Part shown: positions 31,121 to 39,361 of the stretch, piece by piece | Layout: the number at the start of each line of letters is the position of its first letter | Position numbering within the stretch: position 1 is the stretch's first letter | Source: an uncultured Gammaproteobacteria bacterium | GTDB lineage: Bacteria > Patescibacteriota > Patescibacteriia > UBA9934 | Length of the DNA stretch: 64,000 nt | Direction of reading: 5' to 3' | Assembly (NCBI GenBank): GCA_964355955.1 | Contig: CAYHFQ010000004.1 | Coordinates: forward strand, 1,162-65,161 | Notes under the pieces: generated by a model | What the model saw: the letters and a program-made list of their open reading frames with translations, nothing else | Told to the model about the DNA's origin: nothing | Database searches by the model: none | Translations under genes and position numbers: made by a program

Positions 31121-31561
31121 ATGGCTGGTCGCAATCAATTTGTCGTGCCGCAGTTCCTCGACGTCGAGGCGAAAATTATCGGGCCAATTACGGCGCGGCA
31201 GTTTGTTATTTTTTTAGTGGTGCTGTTGTTTGAGTTCTTATTATATCGAATATTTTTAAGTTTAGCTGTCATTCTAATAGTTGGTTTGCCAGTGTTGGGC
31301 CTAGGTATACTTTTTGCTTTTTTTAAGGTTAATGGTCAACCTTTCCATTATATTCTGCTGAACGTAATTCAGACCATGCGGAAACCACGCTTAAGAGTTT
31401 GGGATAAGACGTTGTCTGATGCTGACATTAGGGTCTTTATGTTGCCGCCAGTAGTCGCTCCACCGCCACCGCCAGTAGCCAAGTCACCGATCGAAAGAGG
31501 AAGGTTGTCGGAATTGACGCTCGTGGTTAATACAGGCGGAAGTTACAATCCGGAGGACTAA
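31121..31561 (+). CDS. Small two-TM membrane protein, VirB3/PrgI-like
   Basis: N-terminal VVPQFLDVEAKIIGPITARQFVIFLVVLLFEF followed by a hydrophobic hairpin. Located immediately upstream of the VirB4-family gene, which is the canonical order. Confidence 0.45.
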   Translation: MAGRNQFVVPQFLDVEAKIIGPITARQFVIFLVVLLFEFLLYRIFLSLAVILIVGLPVLGLGILFAFFKVNGQPFHYILLNVIQTMRKPRLRVWDKTLSDADIRVFMLPPVVAPPPPPVAKSPIERGRLSELTLVVNTGGSYNPED

Positions 31562-31570
31562 AATAACTAT

Positions 31571-32257
31571 ATGGCAACCAATAAATTAGCTAAGCCAAAG
31601 GCGGGGCCACCAACACAGAGATATTTGGATATTGCCGAGATTCGTGAAGATGTGGTGGTGATGAAAGACGGAACACTGCGAACGGTGCTGATGACGAGCA
31701 GCCTAAATTTTGCTTTGAAGAGTGAAGACGAACAACAGGCCGTGATTCAGGGGTATATGCAGTTTTTAAATAGTTTGGAGCACCCGATTCAGATCGTTAT
31801 TCAATCGAGAAGGATGAACGTGGATGGGTATTTGGAACGTTTAAAGCAACAAGAAGATACGATTGGCAATGAGTTACTGAAGTCACAAATTCGAGACTAC
31901 ACGTCGTTTATTAGCGAGTTGGTGGAGTTAGGTGAGATCATGCAAAAGAGATTTTTTGTCATTATTCCGTTTGACCCACTGCAAGATAAGAAGCAAAGTT
32001 TTGTGACTAAATTGCAGACTGCCTTGGCACCAGCTTCGGTAGTGAAGTTGAATGAAAAGGTGTTTCGTACTAGGCGGGATAGTCTGATGCAGCGCACGAG
32101 CAATGTGGCTGGCGGCTTGGGCAGTATGGGCTTGCAAAGCGCTATGCTCGATACGCAGGGTCTGATTGAGTTGTATTATTCGGTGTATAATCCAGATATT
32201 GCAGAAACGCAGAAAATGACCGATATCAATAAGTTAAGAATCGAGACAAAATTCTAG
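31571..32257 (+). CDS. VirB4-family protein, N-terminal segment (separated from ATPase segment by a single in-frame TAG)
   Basis: DVVVMKDGTLRTVLMTSSLNFALKSEDEQQAVIQGYMQFLNSLEHPIQIVIQS. It is in the same reading frame as the 32261 ORF, with only TAG at 32255-32257 between them. Confidence 0.5.
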   Translation: MATNKLAKPKAGPPTQRYLDIAEIREDVVVMKDGTLRTVLMTSSLNFALKSEDEQQAVIQGYMQFLNSLEHPIQIVIQSRRMNVDGYLERLKQQEDTIGNELLKSQIRDYTSFISELVELGEIMQKRFFVIIPFDPLQDKKQSFVTKLQTALAPASVVKLNEKVFRTRRDSLMQRTSNVAGGLGSMGLQSAMLDTQGLIELYYSVYNPDIAETQKMTDINKLRIETKF

Positions 32258-32260
32258 TTT

Positions 32261-34174
32261 ATGGCTTTTGATGTCGAAAAACTGCAGCAGAGTAAGGTGA
32301 CTGTAGCTGCGCCTAAAGTTCAGCGCGTTTTGTCGCCGCAGGAATTAGCAGCGGCGCAGGAAAGAGTAACGCTTGAAGAAGAGCGAACTTACAGGCGCGG
32401 TGTGGTGTCGATCAGAGATTTGATTGCGCCAGCGGCGTACCAGATTTTTCCTAACTATTTGTTGTTGGGCGATACTTACGTCCGAACGTTGTTTGTGACG
32501 ATGTACCCTCGTTATGTGGGTATTGGTTGGGGGACGCCGATTATCAACTACAACAGTACCATTGATATCGGCATGTTCTTCTATCCAGTAAAACCGGAGA
32601 TTATTTTGAAGCAACTCAAGAATAAAGTAGGTGTACTTTCTGCGCAGATTATTTCTGATAATGAGAAAGGCGCGGCTCGTGACCCGATTCGTGAAACGGC
32701 GTTACGTGATATTGAACAATTGCGCGATGACTTGACGCAAGGCATCGAGCATTTCTTTCAATTTGCTTTTTATGTCACTGTTTACGCCAAGAATAAAGAG
32801 GAACTGGATAAACGATCGGAACAAATTGAAAGTATTTTTGGAACAAAATTAATTTCTAGTAAACGCGGTTTCTATCAGGCGGAGCAGGGCTTTAATTCCA
32901 CCATGCCACTTGGCAATGATGAGTTGATGATTAGCTTTAACATGAATACGTCGCCAATTGCGTCGTCATTCCCATTCACGTCAAGCGATTTGAGTAGCGA
33001 TAATGGTATTTTGTACGGCATTAATAGGCACAATAACTCGCTTATTTTGTTTGACCGTTTTAGCTTGCAGAATGCGAATGCCTTGGTGTTTGCGACTTCT
33101 GGTGCGGGTAAATCTTACACGGTCAAACTGGAAATTTTACGTTCGCTCATGATGGGAACGGACGTGATTGTTATTGACCCGGAAATGGAATACCGACACC
33201 TGAGCGATGCGGTTGGTGGGACGTATGTGAACGTTTCTTTGGCGTCCGATGCGAAGATTAACCCGTTTGATTTGCCACGCAGCAAGGGGGATGAAACGAG
33301 TTCGGAAGATGTTTTGCGAAGTGCGGTGATTACAATTAAGGGCTTGCTCCGGATCATGATTGGGACGCCGCGCGGTGAGAAGAGTCAGCTTGGTTTTACG
33401 CCGGAAGAAGATTCGTTGCTCGACCGGGCGTTGCTTGAAACGTATGCTAAGAAAGATATTACAGCTGATCTGCCTAACTTTATTGGGGTTGAATATCCGG
33501 TGCTGCAAGATTTGCAGGATGTGTTGCAAGGCATGCAAGGAGCAACGGATTTGGTGGCGCGTTTGCAAAAGTATACCGAGGGGACGTTTGCTGGCTTGTT
33601 GAATAGTTTGACGACGGTGGAGATGCGTAACCAGTTGGTTATTTTCTCAGTACGAGATTTGGAGGACGAGTTGCGCCCAATGGCGATTTATACCATCGTT
33701 AACTACATTTGGAATGTGGTGCGCAGTGAACGTAAGAAGCGTATTCTCGTGATCGACGAGGCTTGGTGGCTCATGCAGAATGAAGACTCGGCCAAGTTTA
33801 TTTTTGCGCTAGTCAAGCGAGCGCGTAAGTACTTCCTGGGCGTGACAACGATTACGCAGGATGTGAACGACTTTTTAACCAGTGTTTACGGCCAGGCGAT
33901 TGTGACCAACTCTTCCATGCAGATGTTGCTGAAACAGTCACCAGCGGCGATTGACTTGATTCAGAAGACGTTTAACCTGACAGATAGCGAGAAGTACTTG
34001 TTGCTTGAGAGCGCAGTGGGTGAAGGAATTTTCTTTGCTGGGCAGAAACATGCGGCCATTAAGGTGGTGGCGAGTTATACTGAGGACCAGTTAATTACGA
34101 CGAACCCACAGCAGTTATTGGAGCAAGAGCAAGCTAAAAAACAGTTTGAGAAATCATTAGGCGGCGGCAGTTAG
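32261..34174 (+). CDS. VirB4/TrbE/CagE-family type IV secretion ATPase (C-terminal ATPase segment)
   Basis: Walker A LVFATSGAGKSYTVK and Walker B RILVIDEAWWLM (the DEAW motif typical of VirB4/TraC). Conserved C-terminal TQ...ESAVGEGIFFAG. Confidence 0.7.
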   Translation: MAFDVEKLQQSKVTVAAPKVQRVLSPQELAAAQERVTLEEERTYRRGVVSIRDLIAPAAYQIFPNYLLLGDTYVRTLFVTMYPRYVGIGWGTPIINYNSTIDIGMFFYPVKPEIILKQLKNKVGVLSAQIISDNEKGAARDPIRETALRDIEQLRDDLTQGIEHFFQFAFYVTVYAKNKEELDKRSEQIESIFGTKLISSKRGFYQAEQGFNSTMPLGNDELMISFNMNTSPIASSFPFTSSDLSSDNGILYGINRHNNSLILFDRFSLQNANALVFATSGAGKSYTVKLEILRSLMMGTDVIVIDPEMEYRHLSDAVGGTYVNVSLASDAKINPFDLPRSKGDETSSEDVLRSAVITIKGLLRIMIGTPRGEKSQLGFTPEEDSLLDRALLETYAKKDITADLPNFIGVEYPVLQDLQDVLQGMQGATDLVARLQKYTEGTFAGLLNSLTTVEMRNQLVIFSVRDLEDELRPMAIYTIVNYIWNVVRSERKKRILVIDEAWWLMQNEDSAKFIFALVKRARKYFLGVTTITQDVNDFLTSVYGQAIVTNSSMQMLLKQSPAAIDLIQKTFNLTDSEKYLLLESAVGEGIFFAGQKHAAIKVVASYTEDQLITTNPQQLLEQEQAKKQFEKSLGGGS

Positions 34175-34177
34175 AAC

Positions 34178-34292
34178 TTGCCCAGTTGGCCTATTTTGAG
34201 CTTGTCGCTGCGCCAATCTCTTCACCGCACGCCAAAGTGCGCCTCAGAGACTTGGCTTGCTCCGCACTCAAACTAGTCGCAACTGAACAAGT
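34178..34292. repeat. Family-2 MITE-like repeat, copy E1
   Basis: Imperfect terminal inverted repeats CAGTTGGCCTATTTTG ... CAAACTAGTCGCAACTG. Internal hairpin GCAC-GCCAAA-GTGC. Confidence 0.75.
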
Positions 34293-34309
34293 CCTCCCGA
34301 ATCACTTTA

Positions 34310-34867
34310 ATGTATAATATGCAACGTAAAACTGAAATCATCATTGCTATCATCATCATTGTCGCTTTAGCGATTCTGCTGTTTTTCTGGTTCAACCGAA
34401 CGGTTAAGCAGGCTGCTACGCCAACTAAGGTGACACCTGAGGTGACGACGTCGATTAAGACGACGCCAACTCCGAGTGCAACTGGTATAGCAGTGGCAGC
34501 TCCATCATCGGCTAGTACGGTGGCTCGAGTTTTTGTCGAAAGATTTGGAAGCTATTCGACCGAGTCGGGTTATACGAATATTGATGACGTGATGTCACTG
34601 ACGACAAAAGATTTGCAGGGTCGCTTGCAGAGTTTATTAGAGGCGGCGCAAAAGGAGGCACAGAGTGATTATTACGGTGTCTCGACGCGCTTGATGGGGA
34701 GTAAGACAGAAGTGACGGCTGAAACGTCCATGACGTATAAGATGTCGACGCAACGGCAAGAGTCGTTTGATTCGCCAGCTAATACTTCGGTGAGGTACCA
34801 GGATATTCGAGTTGTGCTGACAAAATCTGGTGATAGTTGGCTCGTAAGCGACTTCACCTGGCTGTAG
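34310..34867 (+). CDS. Bitopic membrane protein (N-terminal TM, ~120-aa extracytoplasmic domain), function unknown
   Basis: IIIAIIIIVALAILLFFWF TM helix then a Thr/Pro linker. Bracketed on both sides by family-2 repeats. Confidence 0.5.
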   Translation: MYNMQRKTEIIIAIIIIVALAILLFFWFNRTVKQAATPTKVTPEVTTSIKTTPTPSATGIAVAAPSSASTVARVFVERFGSYSTESGYTNIDDVMSLTTKDLQGRLQSLLEAAQKEAQSDYYGVSTRLMGSKTEVTAETSMTYKMSTQRQESFDSPANTSVRYQDIRVVLTKSGDSWLVSDFTWL

Positions 34868-34987
34868 AACTTCCTCGGTTGGCCTATTTTGGGCTTGTCG
34901 CTGCGCCAATCTCTTCACCGCACTGCTCTAGTGCGCCTCAGAGACTTGGCTTGCTTCGCACCCAAACTAGTCACAACTGTGAAAGTT
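34868..34987. repeat. Family-2 MITE-like repeat, copy E2
   Basis: About 90% identical to E1. The internal hairpin loop is changed (GCACT-GCTC-TAGTGC). Confidence 0.75.
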
Positions 34988-35005
34988 CTCTAATGATCGA
35001 ATCAT

Positions 35006-35680
35006 ATGTCTGGTTTGGCTGAGCGAGTGCTCGAGGCGGTGTTCCCGAGGTTTTGTGTGAGCTGCCAGCGGGAAGGCGGCTTGTTATGTTTGGCGTGTGA
35101 CGAAGGGTGGAATCCAGAGAGGCCGAGAGTGCTCGAGAGCAAAGATGAGGGAGTTGACTGCGATATTAGCAAGCTGTGGGCGGTGTTGCCGTATGCTAAT
35201 CCGGTGGCGAGGGAGCTGATAACGTCGTGGAAGTACAATTACGATACTTCGGCATGGGCAATATTGCGTCGACGATTGGCGCCACAGATAGCTACATTGA
35301 CGCTGACGTTGGCCATGCATAAGATTGAGGCGATTGTGCCGTTGCCGCTGATGAATCAACGAAGATGCGAAAGGGGGTTCGATCAGTCGGTGGAGATTGC
35401 TGAGTGGCTGAGTAAGTTGACCAACTTGCCGGTGGCTCATTTGTTGGTACGAAAGCATACGGCGGGACACCAAGCAGATAGAACGGTAGACGAAAGATTA
35501 AAAGCGATGATGGCGTCGCCTTTTTCGTTGAGCACCGAGCTTTGTAATGCTATACCTCGAAGGGTTCTGTTGGTGGATGACGTATGGACGACGGGGGCGA
35601 CGATGAGTGCTGGGGCGAGGACGTTGAAGAGTGGGGGAGTAGAGGAGGTTTTTGGGTTTGCATTGGCGAGAGGAAAGTAG
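35006..35680 (+). CDS. comF: ComF family phosphoribosyltransferase-domain competence protein (ComFC-like)
   Basis: N-terminal Cys4 (CVSCQ...CLAC) and a C-terminal PRTase motif VLLVDDVWTTGATM. Confidence 0.7.
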   Translation: MSGLAERVLEAVFPRFCVSCQREGGLLCLACDEGWNPERPRVLESKDEGVDCDISKLWAVLPYANPVARELITSWKYNYDTSAWAILRRRLAPQIATLTLTLAMHKIEAIVPLPLMNQRRCERGFDQSVEIAEWLSKLTNLPVAHLLVRKHTAGHQADRTVDERLKAMMASPFSLSTELCNAIPRRVLLVDDVWTTGATMSAGARTLKSGGVEEVFGFALARGK

Positions 35681-35741
35681 AAATGTGGATAAGTTGTGGG
35701 TAAAGTGGGGAAGAGGTGGGGATAAATAAAGCTGTGGCAAC

Positions 35742-35770
35742 AAAAAATCCAGACAATGTCTGGATGTTTT
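35742..35770. terminator. Bidirectional terminator between comF and tRNA-Ser
   Basis: AAAAAATCCAGACAATGTCTGGATGTTTT. Confidence 0.6.
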
Positions 35771-35858
35771 TGGCGGAGGAGGTGAGATTCGAACTCACGG
35801 TGCCTTGCAGCACGGCGCATTTCAAGTGCGCTGGAATAAACCACTATCCGACTCCTCC
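35771..35858 (-). tRNA. tRNA-Ser (anticodon TGA)
   Basis: The reverse complement folds as a cloverleaf with anticodon loop CTTGAAA, a long variable arm (GTGC-TGCAA-GGCAC), T-loop GTTCGAATC, and CCA encoded. Confidence 0.8.
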
Positions 35859-35924
35859 GAACTCATTTACCCGACTGATGGGTCGACAAAATACTATCTG
35901 AAAAAGAGGTTTTCGTAAAGTACT

Positions 35925-36066
35925 GCTGACTCGATACGACTCGCCGGCGCCTCTCACCTCGTCGACACTCGGTTCGGGCTGGGCACCGCCTCGCCATGCT
36001 CGCTGGTGCTCGCATAAGGCTCCGGCGTTCTCGTCGTGACGCAAGCCAAGCAGTTGGCTTGCTCCG
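35925..36066. repeat. Degenerate composite of family-1 loop motif (TCTCACCTCGTCGACACTCGG) plus an 8-bp hairpin related to family 2 (GCAAGCCA-AGCAGT-TGGCTTGC)
   Basis: GC-rich spacer between two tRNA genes that shares sub-motifs with both repeat families. Confidence 0.4.
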
Positions 36067-36073
36067 GGCGCAA

Positions 36074-36103
36074 CAAAAAAACCCAGCCAAAGCTGGGATT
36101 TTT
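36074..36103. terminator. Terminator downstream of tRNA-Arg (bidirectional hairpin)
   Basis: AAAAAAACCCAGC-CAAA-GCTGGGATTTTTT. Confidence 0.65.
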
Positions 36104-36180
36104 TGGTGCGCCCGGCACGACTCGAACGTACGACCCTCAGCTCCGCAAGCTGATGCTCTATCCAACTGAGCTACGGGCGC
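36104..36180 (-). tRNA. tRNA-Arg (anticodon read as GCG)
   Basis: The reverse complement GCGCCCGTAGCTCAGTTGGATAGAGCATCAGCTTGCGGAGCTGAGGGTCGTACGTTCGAGTCGTGCCGGGCGCACCA folds as a cloverleaf. Anticodon loop TTGCGGA and CCA encoded. Confidence 0.7.
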
Positions 36181-36245
36181 TCGAATAAATAGCAAAGCTA
36201 TTTATGTAAGCATGGATTGAATTCGTTCAAAAAAGTACGAATTGC

Positions 36246-36782
36246 TCAGAGTTTATACAGTCTGGAGAGCATATCTGTCAAGTATTCACGCTCTCTATTG
36301 AGGTTTTCGAAGGCATACGGTAAAAGTGCCTTGCGGACGTCGTTGGGATTCATGTCTTCCAGTGGAACAGTCAAAGTTGGGGCTAAAGAACCATGAAAAG
36401 CCACATAAAGGGTTTTTACATCAGGTGGGTTGTAAATAATTGAAAAATCTCGCACATCCTGATAAGGATAGAAATTATGGCCGAAAACCACGCCACCAGT
36501 AGTTAAGTGAATTTCAACCCTATCTGGCTTACGGATATCACGCATGAGCGTAATAACCGCAAACATGATAATAATCACGGCAAACACGAAGTTCGCTGCG
36601 ATTATTGCATAGAGGAGTAAAGCTAGACCAAGGGTACTAGCAATAATGTACCAACGGCGCGATCGCACCACTGGCGGGTATTCCCAAGTCTCCCAACTAA
36701 GAATGGACGCTCCAGCGTCAATTTTCTCTTTATTCTCTTCCATATTTTGCTTAACTTCAGGCATGTTCATAGTATACCACAC
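36246..36782 (-). CDS. Hypothetical membrane protein (two central TM helices)
   Basis: 178-aa ORF with the hydrophobic core YIIASTLGLALLLYAIIAANFVFAVIIIMFAVI. Confidence 0.45.
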   Translation of the reverse strand: MWYTMNMPEVKQNMEENKEKIDAGASILSWETWEYPPVVRSRRWYIIASTLGLALLLYAIIAANFVFAVIIIMFAVITLMRDIRKPDRVEIHLTTGGVVFGHNFYPYQDVRDFSIIYNPPDVKTLYVAFHGSLAPTLTVPLEDMNPNDVRKALLPYAFENLNREREYLTDMLSRLYKL

Positions 36783-36942
36783 TGGCCCTTGAAAACATCC
36801 GGTTTATAAGCTACCCTAATGAGGCTTTACGAGCCCCCGCCAAGCGCAGCGCAGGCGAGACGAGCGGACCAACGTGCCGCGAGTGAGCGTGAGGTAGTTT
36901 GTTACGCGAACGCGAACGGCAGGCCGTTGCGTCCGCGAGTAC

Positions 36943-37032
36943 GGAGAGGTGGCCGAGTGGCTGAAGGCACAGGTTTGCTAAACCTGCGTACTTGAAAGAG
37001 TACCGGAGGTTCGAATCCTCTCCTCTCCGCCA
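36943..37032 (+). tRNA. tRNA-Ser (anticodon GCT)
   Basis: GGAGAGGTGGCCGAGTGG... with anticodon loop TTGCTAA, a long variable arm, T-loop GTTCGAATC, and CCA encoded. Confidence 0.85.
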
Positions 37033-37034
37033 CG

Positions 37035-37066
37035 AAAAAATGACAGCTTCGGTTGTCGTTTTTTCG
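37035..37066 (+). terminator. Terminator after tRNA-Ser(GCT)
   Basis: GACAGC-TTCG-GTTGTC followed by GTTTTTTCGTTTT. Confidence 0.6.
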
Positions 37067-37122
37067 TTTTAAGGGCTTATCAGATGGCGTGTTTGTTGTT
37101 ATAGTTTCTTTAGGTAATTTCT

Positions 37123-37674
37123 GTGTATATGCGATTGATGAGAAAATCCATCCTGACTGTCGCGGCTGTTAGTTTGTTGCTTGGCTGGTTTGGTCGACCA
37201 ACTGCGGTCTTGGCTTGTTCCTGCGTCTCAGCGACGCCAGCTGAGCATTTTGCTAATGCGACGACTGTGTTTATGGGTACGGTGAAGAATATTTCTGGGG
37301 ATGGCCGGAATGGTCAGAAGAGGCTAGTTGATTTTGCGGTTACTGAAGCACGGAAAGGTATTCTCGATAAAACGGTGACTGTGGCAACTGGTGCGGGTGG
37401 TGGGGATTGCGGCTTCGATTTTCAAGAAGGGCAAGAATATGTGGTTTATGCCTATGATGATGGTGGCAAGTTAGGTACGGGGATTTGCAGCGGTACCGCA
37501 TTAGTTAATGATGCTTCAGATAATGTCGACGAGTCTTTAATGAATAATATTTCCGAAGGGTCGATGGAAGAGGTAGAAGAAGGGAGTAATTTACTAGTCA
37601 CGACTGTGGTTTTAGGGGCTGCCTTTGGTGCCGGAATGTTGATGATGCATTTGTGGGGACGGAGGCGATTATAA
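37123..37674 (+). CDS. Hypothetical secreted/membrane-anchored protein (signal peptide, C-terminal TM)
   Basis: SILTVAAVSLLLGWFGRPTAVLACSC... and a C-terminal LLVTTVVLGAAFGAGMLMMHLWGRRRL, which resembles a sorting or anchor tail. Confidence 0.45.
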   Translation: MYMRLMRKSILTVAAVSLLLGWFGRPTAVLACSCVSATPAEHFANATTVFMGTVKNISGDGRNGQKRLVDFAVTEARKGILDKTVTVATGAGGGDCGFDFQEGQEYVVYAYDDGGKLGTGICSGTALVNDASDNVDESLMNNISEGSMEEVEEGSNLLVTTVVLGAAFGAGMLMMHLWGRRRL

Positions 37675-37680
37675 TAAGTT

Positions 37681-38220
37681 ATGAAAGATGAATATTTAGC
37701 TATTCTTGGTCTTGGTTCCAATGTTGGCGAGCGCGAAAGCTGGCTTAGACAAGCGGTGACTTGTTTACAAGAGATCGCCGGGCTGAGTGATGTTCGCGTC
37801 TCTTCGTTGTACGAGTCGGTGGCGCTTTTGCCGCCAGATGCTCCAGCGGATTGGGATAAGCCTTATTATAATGTGGTTATTAGTGGTAATACATTGTATT
37901 CGCCGCGGCAGTTGTTAGAAATTGTGCAGAAGATTGAAACTATGTTGGGCCGTGAAGAGGATCATCGATATTGGAGTCCAAGAATCATTGACATCGATAT
38001 TTTAGCTTATGGATCCGAAATAGTTAACGAAGATGATCTGGTTATTCCGCATAGGTTTTTAGGTCAACGAGTTTTTACACTTCTGCCATTACTAGAAATT
38101 TTACCTGTTTGGCGATTTCCAATCGGCAGTGAGATGGCGGGAAAAACTGCGAGTCAGGCATATGACGAACTCCCAATTTTGGATAAGCAGAACATTAATA
38201 AGATTGAAAACTTATGGTAA
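37681..38220 (+). CDS. folK: 2-amino-4-hydroxy-6-hydroxymethyldihydropteridine pyrophosphokinase
   Basis: AILGLGSNVGERESWL, IIDIDILAYGSEIV and DLVIPHRF are HPPK motifs. Confidence 0.8.
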   Translation: MKDEYLAILGLGSNVGERESWLRQAVTCLQEIAGLSDVRVSSLYESVALLPPDAPADWDKPYYNVVISGNTLYSPRQLLEIVQKIETMLGREEDHRYWSPRIIDIDILAYGSEIVNEDDLVIPHRFLGQRVFTLLPLLEILPVWRFPIGSEMAGKTASQAYDELPILDKQNINKIENLW

Positions 38221-38999
38221 CGAACGGTTGCTCGCTGGTTGGTATTTTGAATGTTACGCCTGATTCTTTTTCGGACGGGGGAACGTTTGTTGATCCGGAA
38301 GCGGTGGTTGTTAGGGTAGTACAGATGGTCAGTGAGAGGGCGACGGTAATCGATATTGGGGCTGAGTCGACCAGGCCTGGGGCGACGCCGTTAACTCACG
38401 AAGAAGAATGGCTGCGGCTTGAACCGATCTTACGAGCAGTTTTGACTCACGTGGCATGTGAGATTAGTGTTGATACTCGGCACCCGCAAACTGCGGAAAA
38501 GGCTTTGGCGCTAGGGGTACATTGGATAAATGACGTGAGTGGATTTTCTCAGCAGATGGTAGACGTGGTGAAGAATAGCAAATGTCGATTAGTGGTGATG
38601 CATAGTTTGAGTGTTCCGGCACGGAAAGATCTTGTATTTGACGAGACGGTTGACGTTGTAGAAGCGGTGCGTGACTGGTGTTTGGAAAAGTTGGCTATGC
38701 TTGAGCGTCATGGCATAGCTCGCGAACGGATTATATTCGATCCAGGAATTGGGTTTGGGAAGACGGCTGAGCAGTCAATGAAACTGATTGAACGAGTAAG
38801 TTATTTGAAAGTGCCTGGTACACAGTTATTAGTCGGTCATTCCCGTAAATCATTTTTGACAACCCTCGGCATAAAATCGCTGGCCGAGCGTGACGAGGCG
38901 ACGGGGCAACTATCAGCTTTTTTAGCGACTCAGGGGGTCGACTATGTGCGAGTTCACAATGTCGCAGTGAATCGATTGGCGATGAAGATGTTAGTGTAA
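38214..38999 (+). CDS. folP: Dihydropteroate synthase
   Basis: GILNVTPDSFSDGG motif and a pterin-binding TIM-barrel pattern. Overlaps folK by 7 nt. Confidence 0.85.
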   Translation: MVTNGCSLVGILNVTPDSFSDGGTFVDPEAVVVRVVQMVSERATVIDIGAESTRPGATPLTHEEEWLRLEPILRAVLTHVACEISVDTRHPQTAEKALALGVHWINDVSGFSQQMVDVVKNSKCRLVVMHSLSVPARKDLVFDETVDVVEAVRDWCLEKLAMLERHGIARERIIFDPGIGFGKTAEQSMKLIERVSYLKVPGTQLLVGHSRKSFLTTLGIKSLAERDEATGQLSAFLATQGVDYVRVHNVAVNRLAMKMLV

Positions 39000-39031
39000 T
39001 ACTATAGCTAGGAGTAGGATAATGATTAAAT

Positions 39032-39361
39032 ATGATCGATTGTTTAGATTTAACAGCCGAAGAGTTTGCTACTCTTGAACGGGCTAGTCAGGAGCGCGTG
39101 CCTGTTTTAGTTAACGGTCGGGAAGTGCTGCTCAAGCCTTTTAATGCTGAAAAAGAACACGTTCATTCAGACTGTGGCAGCTGTCCAGATGAGATGATGA
39201 TGGACGAAGTTGGTGGCAAGGCTTGTTTAGCGGCTTCCAGAGATGTCGACGAGGAAACTTGGCGCGTCCATGCTATGCGACCGTTGCTGTGGGGTTGGTT
39301 TGGTTATTTGGGGAGTAGTTTGCGAACGTTGAGTGTTGGTGGACGGGAGTTAGGAAGATAA
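39032..39361 (+). CDS. Hypothetical small protein
   Basis: 109-aa ORF with no recognised motif. Confidence 0.3.
   Translation: MIDCLDLTAEEFATLERASQERVPVLVNGREVLLKPFNAEKEHVHSDCGSCPDEMMMDEVGGKACLAASRDVDEETWRVHAMRPLLWGWFGYLGSSLRTLSVGGRELGR

Noticed and set aside
34310-34325. TATAAT box at the start of the 34310 gene as a leaderless promoter
   Set aside because: The hexamer lies inside the first codons (ATG TAT AAT ATG), so a transcription start site would fall downstream of both candidate ATGs. This is inconsistent, so I did not call it.
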